64,000 nt of DNA from an uncultured Chloroflexia bacterium (GTDB lineage: Bacteria > Chloroflexota > Limnocylindria > Limnocylindrales > CSP1-4), in NCBI GenBank assembly GCA_963828165.1, contig CAWHDR010000001.1, positions 1,312,001 through 1,376,000 of the forward strand, read 5' to 3'. The notes beneath the pieces were generated by a model, which was not told the DNA's origin, did not search any database, and saw only the letters and a program-made list of their open reading frames with translations. The first letter of the stretch is position 1, and each line of letters starts with the position of its first letter. The position numbers were made by a program, and so were the translations under genes. Positions 59,613-64,000 of this stretch are shown piece after piece.

Positions 59613-62249
59613 TCACGACGAGGGTTCGGGGGCCACCGCGGGTGTGGGCGGGAGGACGTGGGTTAGCCATTCGCTGAGGCCGTTGACCCGCTCTCGCCTT
59701 TCGAGGCGATCCCAAGGACCCGGCCGTTCAGTCGTGCCTTGTCGATGGGGCTCAGGTCCTGGGCCGTCAGGACCAGGATCGGGATCGCGGACGTGGCCTT
59801 GGCGCCGCGCAGCTGCGTGACGACCTCGAACCCGTCCACCTCCGGCATCATCAGGTCGCAGATCACGAGGTCGGCACCGCCGCTCTGCGCGAGCTCGATT
59901 CCTTCCTGGCCGGATGAGGCTCGCCGGACGTGAAGCCGAGCGGACTGAGGGTGCCTTCGACGATATCAAGCGCGGCGGGATCGTCGTCGATCGCAGGACC
60001 GTCATCGACCGGGTCTTCACCTTGGTCGTGAACGTGTACCGCCCGAATCGATCGAGCAACGCATCCGGGTCGACCGGCTTCACGAGGTAGTCGACGGCGC
60101 CGAGCGCCAGGCCGACGCCGCGTTCGTCACGACGTCGCGATGATCACTGGCACGTCGCGCAGCGCCTGATCCGACTTCAGCTGGCGCAGCACCTCCCAGC
60201 CATCGATCCCGGGCAGCAGGATGTCCAAGACGATCGCCGCCGGCCGCTGGGCGCGCACGAGCGCGAGGCCGGTCTCGCCATCCGGTGCGACACGAACGCG
60301 GTGGCCGGCATTGGTGAGGTAGGTCTGGAGCAGGCGCGCGGAGCTCGCTTCATCCTCGATGACGAGGATGTCGCGAGACTTCGAGGCCGTAGGTCGCGTC
60401 GCGCAGGACGACGCCCGGGTCGGCCGGGGCCTCGATGGGGTGCCAGTCCGGGAGGATCACGGTGAAGCGTACTCCCCGATCCGACGCTCCGATTCGAGCT
60501 CGATCCGGCCGCCGTGCGCCTCGACCAGGCGCCTCGTCAGGGCGAGCCCGAGACCGGTCCCGGTGATCTGCTGCGACTGCTCGCCGACCTGGCGGAACTC
60601 CTCGAAGACGCGCAGCTGGTCCTCGGGGGCGATGCCGACGCCGTCGTCCTGGACGGTGATCCGCACCTCGCCACCTCCACGCGGAGCCGGTGACGCGGAT
60701 GCTGCCGCCCTCCGGCGTGTACTTGATCGCGTTCGACAGGAGGTTGTACAGGATCTGGCGCAGGCGCCCGGGGTCGGCATCGAGCGTGATCGCCCCGTCG
60801 ATGGATACCTCGACCGGCTGGTCGCTTGCGATCGGCCAGGGGACGCATGCCCGGCGACGGATGCCGCGAGCGCGTGACCCAGGTCGACCGGCTCGATGGC
60901 GAGCTCCAGCCGTCCGGCCTCGACCTTGGCGAGATCGAGGATGTCGTTGATCAGCGTCAGCAGGTGCTCGCCGCCGCTGCGGATGTGCTCGACCCACTCG
61001 CGTGGGACCGGGAGTGTTCCATCGACCTCTTCGAGCCCGGCCATCAGCGAGCTGAACCCGTTGATGGCGTTGAGGGGCGTCCGCAGCTCGTGGCTCATGC
61101 TCGCGAGGAAGTCGCTCTTGGCGGCACTGGCGGCCTCGAGCGCCGATACCGTGTGGGCGAGCCGCACGCTGAGCGCCTCTTGCTCGGCGAGGGCCTCGCG
61201 GCGCTGGACCAGGTGGGCCGACCGGATGCCGAGCGCCTCGACGAGGACCGCATCGTCCGCATCGAACAGGCTCGGGCGTGGGCGCAGCAGGACGACCGCG
61301 CCCATGAGCGTCTTGCTCTGGAGCGAGCGGCACGACCTTGGCGAACCGGCACTCGCTCCGTGCCGAGCAGATCCGCGATGACGGGATCCGAAAGACCGCC
61401 GCGCGTCACGCTGGCCAGGCCTCCCGCGTAGGTGTTCCCGGGCGCGACGCCGTCATTTGAGCTCGCGACGACCCGCACGTCGTCGTCGTCCTGGACGAGC
61501 ACGACCGTGGCGGCGCCGGTGAGCTGGGCGGCGGTCCTTGCCAGCTCGCCCCATAACTCGGAGGCGGGTGTCGCGGGCGACGCCGCCAGGAGACGTTCGC
61601 TGTGGCCGAAAGCGGCAGTCCCCTGCCAAAAGCGGCGCAGGTATCGGGGAGGCAGGAACGCGATCCAGTAAGCCACGGCCGCCGACAGGGCCACGACGCG
61701 GAGCACGACCCCCGCGGCCGCGGTCGCGTCCGGGCCGGCAGCCGACGACGCGATCGCGAGGAGCGATGCCGCGACGGCGGCCGTGGCCAGGGCTGCCACG
61801 GCCAGGCGGACCCGTGCCGCGCCGCTCCGGCGCCGAGCCTCGCCAACGAGGTACCCGGCCGCGACGAGCTCGGTGATCACGAAGATACCGATCCCCGCCA
61901 GGATGACCGGGATCGCGCCGCCACTGAGCACGATGGCGACGGAACTGATGGCGACGGCGCCGATCGCAAGCGGCAGCAGCCACGCGGGCAGCCCGCGGAC
62001 GTCGCTCACGAGCTTGAGGCTGAATACCGGCTGCGCGAGCAGGAAGATCGTCGAGGCGAAGCCGACCCATGTCGGGCAGGGGTCCGAGCAGGTCCGCCAG
62101 GACGCCCGTGGCCAGGAGTGCCGTGATCGGCGCGAAGACCAGCGCGACGTCGCGAGCCAGCACATCTCGATCGCGGATCGCGACCCAGACCGCCCACAGG
62201 AAGAGCAGGCCGAAGAGGACCTGGACGCGAGGGTCGGCAGATCGGACAT
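59613..62249 (-). CDS. Hybrid membrane sensor histidine kinase with two receiver domains (frameshifted)
   Basis: TM N-terminus; KSDFLASMSHELRTPL, NLLSNAIKYT, DDGVGI and GTGLGL motifs; two receivers (LDILLPGIDGW, CDLMMPEVDG). Confidence 0.85.
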
Positions 62250-63628
62250 CAGCGCGGTGTCGTCAGCGCGGTCGGCAGGCCCTGCTGCCGGAGTCGGGGA
62301 CGGGCCGACGGCGAGGTGGCATCGGGGATGCCGCTCGACGGCACCGGGCCGACCGAGCAGAAAGCCCTGCCCTAGGTCGACGCCGAGGGACCGCAGTTGA
62401 TCGCGTTCGCCCGCCGTTTCGATGCCCTCGGCGATCAGCCGACAGCCGCTCTTCTTCGCGAAGTACACGATCCCGGCAACGAGCGCCTGACGGACGTCGT
62501 CGTGATCGATCTCGTGCACCAGCCCGATGTCGAGCTTCACGTAGTCCGGACGAAGCTCCAGGATGTGGCGAAAGCTGGCAAAGCCGGCACCGGCGTCATC
62601 GACCGCGATCCGGACGTCCGGCGCCGATGCTCGATACCGCGTCACGAATGGCGCCGTAGTTCTCGATGGCGACATGCTCGGTCACCTCGAGCACGACGGG
62701 GCGTGCATGCCCTGCGAGGCACGTCGCGGAGCAGACCCCGCTCGAACAGCAGGTCCGGCGAGACGTTGAGGCTCAGCCAGCCGCCACCCTCGAGATGCCG
62801 CGAGGCGGCGATGGCCGCCGTGAGGCACGCCGACTCGAGTTCGAGGCCCAGGCCCACCGCCTCGGCGTCTGCGAAGCGTCGGTCCGGGCGGGTGCCATCG
62901 TGAAAGCGCGTGAGCGCTTCGTAGCCCGACGGTCTCGCCCGTCGCGAGATCGAGGACTGGCTGGAACACGGGAACGAACGCGGCGTCGGCGAGGACCGCT
63001 TCGAGGTCACCGCGGACCTGTCCGTGATGCTGGCGGGACGTCATCGCGGGAGCAAGGAGCGCAGAAGCCACGGCCCCGAACGACTCGAGCGTCGGCAGTC
63101 GGGACGGCAAGGAACGGGATGCCGTCGGCGACCTCCGTGCAGACGACGATCGCACCGAGCATGGCCGTGCTCGTCCGCATCGGGACGATGGCCATCGCCG
63201 TCAGCGGGATGGCCGCGACCGCGCCGCAGAGGACGAGCCGAACCCGCCCTCGTACGGCCCGACCCAGGGCCCTGCCCCGACCCGCTCCGCCCACCCGACG
63301 GTGAGCTCGGGGGGCAACGGGCTGTTCACGCGCACGCGGACGTCCACGGACTCGTCGCGGGCCAGCGGTACCGCCTGCCCGGCCGCGTCGATGGCGACGA
63401 CCAGCACGCCGGTGAGCCCGGTCATCGCGCTCAGCTCGTCGCACACCGCCTGGGCCGTGGCCTCGGCGGATTCGCGGACTTCTAGATGGCTCAGGGCGGC
63501 GGCCTGCTGGGCCCATTGCTGTTCTCGGTCGGCCAGCGTTTGCGTGGTCGCATCGACCTGCACGCTCAGGTCCTGATTTCCGGCGGCGAAGCTCCTCGTG
63601 GAGCCTTCGCGTTTCGAGGAGGTTCCAT
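62249..63628 (-). CDS. EAL-domain c-di-GMP phosphodiesterase with a GAF-like N-terminus (frameshifted)
   Basis: GYEALTRF, LNVSP, EVTEH, IAVDDAGAGF, VKLD, AEGIET and GQGFLLGRP motifs. Confidence 0.82.
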
Positions 63629-63696
63629 ACGCCGAAATGACCCGTAAGTACGCTGGAACTTGTTCCGCTATGCGAGCGTGGTCAACATGCCAGCGA

Positions 63697-64000
63697 TCAG
63701 GCGTGCGCAGGCGCCTCGAGCGTCCCGGCACGGACCTTGTCGAAGCACGAGCTGCAGTACACCGGCCGGTCGTTGCGCGGCGCGAATGGGACGACGGCCT
63801 GGCCGCCACACGCGCCGCAGATCGCCGCATGGAACTCGCGGGGACCCTCGTTGGTTCGGGCGCGCTTGGCGGCCGCTCGGCAGGACGGGCAGCGCTGCGG
63901 GTCGTTGACCAGGCTCTTGCTGGCATAGAAGGCCTGCTCGCCGGCGGAAAAGACGAATTCCTCCGCGCAATCGCGACAGGTCAACGTACGGTCTTCGTAC
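63697..64000 (-). CDS. Zinc-ribbon / CxxC-x17-CxxC protein (start at the window edge)
   Basis: YEDRTLTCRDC..FVFSAGEQAFY...PQRCPSCR; CGACG...VPF.P...RPVYCSSC. Confidence 0.88.
   Translation of the reverse strand, partial: YEDRTLTCRDCAEEFVFSAGEQAFYASKSLVNDPQRCPSCRAAAKRARTNEGPREFHAAICGACGGQAVVPFAPRNDRPVYCSSCFDKVRAGTLEAPAHA

Noticed and set aside
12092-63628. Frameshifted genes as true pseudogenes or programmed frameshifts
   Set aside because: The indels are scattered, often in short homopolymers, and catalytic motifs stay intact. This fits long-read error best, but it cannot be settled without reads.
1-64000. tRNA/rRNA genes, transposases, integrases, prophage genes, prepilin peptidase and secretin
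   Set aside because: None was recognised in the window. The prepilin peptidase is presumably encoded elsewhere.

Overview
High-GC bacterial window, probably a monoderm Chloroflexota (inferred from a secretin-less tad locus, BTAD/STAND regulator, GT-C expansion and many leaderless-style starts). The assembly has many single-base indels, densest at ~38.6-45 kb and ~54.7-63.6 kb, so many genes look frameshifted. From left to right: (1) 1-12.1 kb, minus strand: a DegS-like kinase, a DegU/NarL regulator, a kinase-like protein with a degenerate ATP-binding domain, five Flp pilins, cpaB-cpaE-cpaF-tadB-tadC, DUF192, comF and hpf. (2) 12.1-49 kb: a surface-glycan island with about 15 GT-C membrane glycosyltransferases, three membrane-fused spermidine-synthase-like proteins, acyl/methyltransferases and a wecE/wecD-like cassette. 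(3) 49-51.6 kb: a PIG-L deacetylase, pcm and an acidic/Ser-Ala-Pro membrane protein. (4) 51.7-64 kb: a signalling region. The best candidate for an undescribed system is at 51.7-55.9 kb. A c-di-GMP-II riboswitch with an overlapping terminator precedes an unannotated ~29-aa signal-peptide-like ORF, a membrane-sensor HD-GYP protein, and a DUF5317-MFS fusion whose N-terminal domain carries signal-peptidase-II-like motifs. This suggests a peptide signalling circuit coupled to c-di-GMP.
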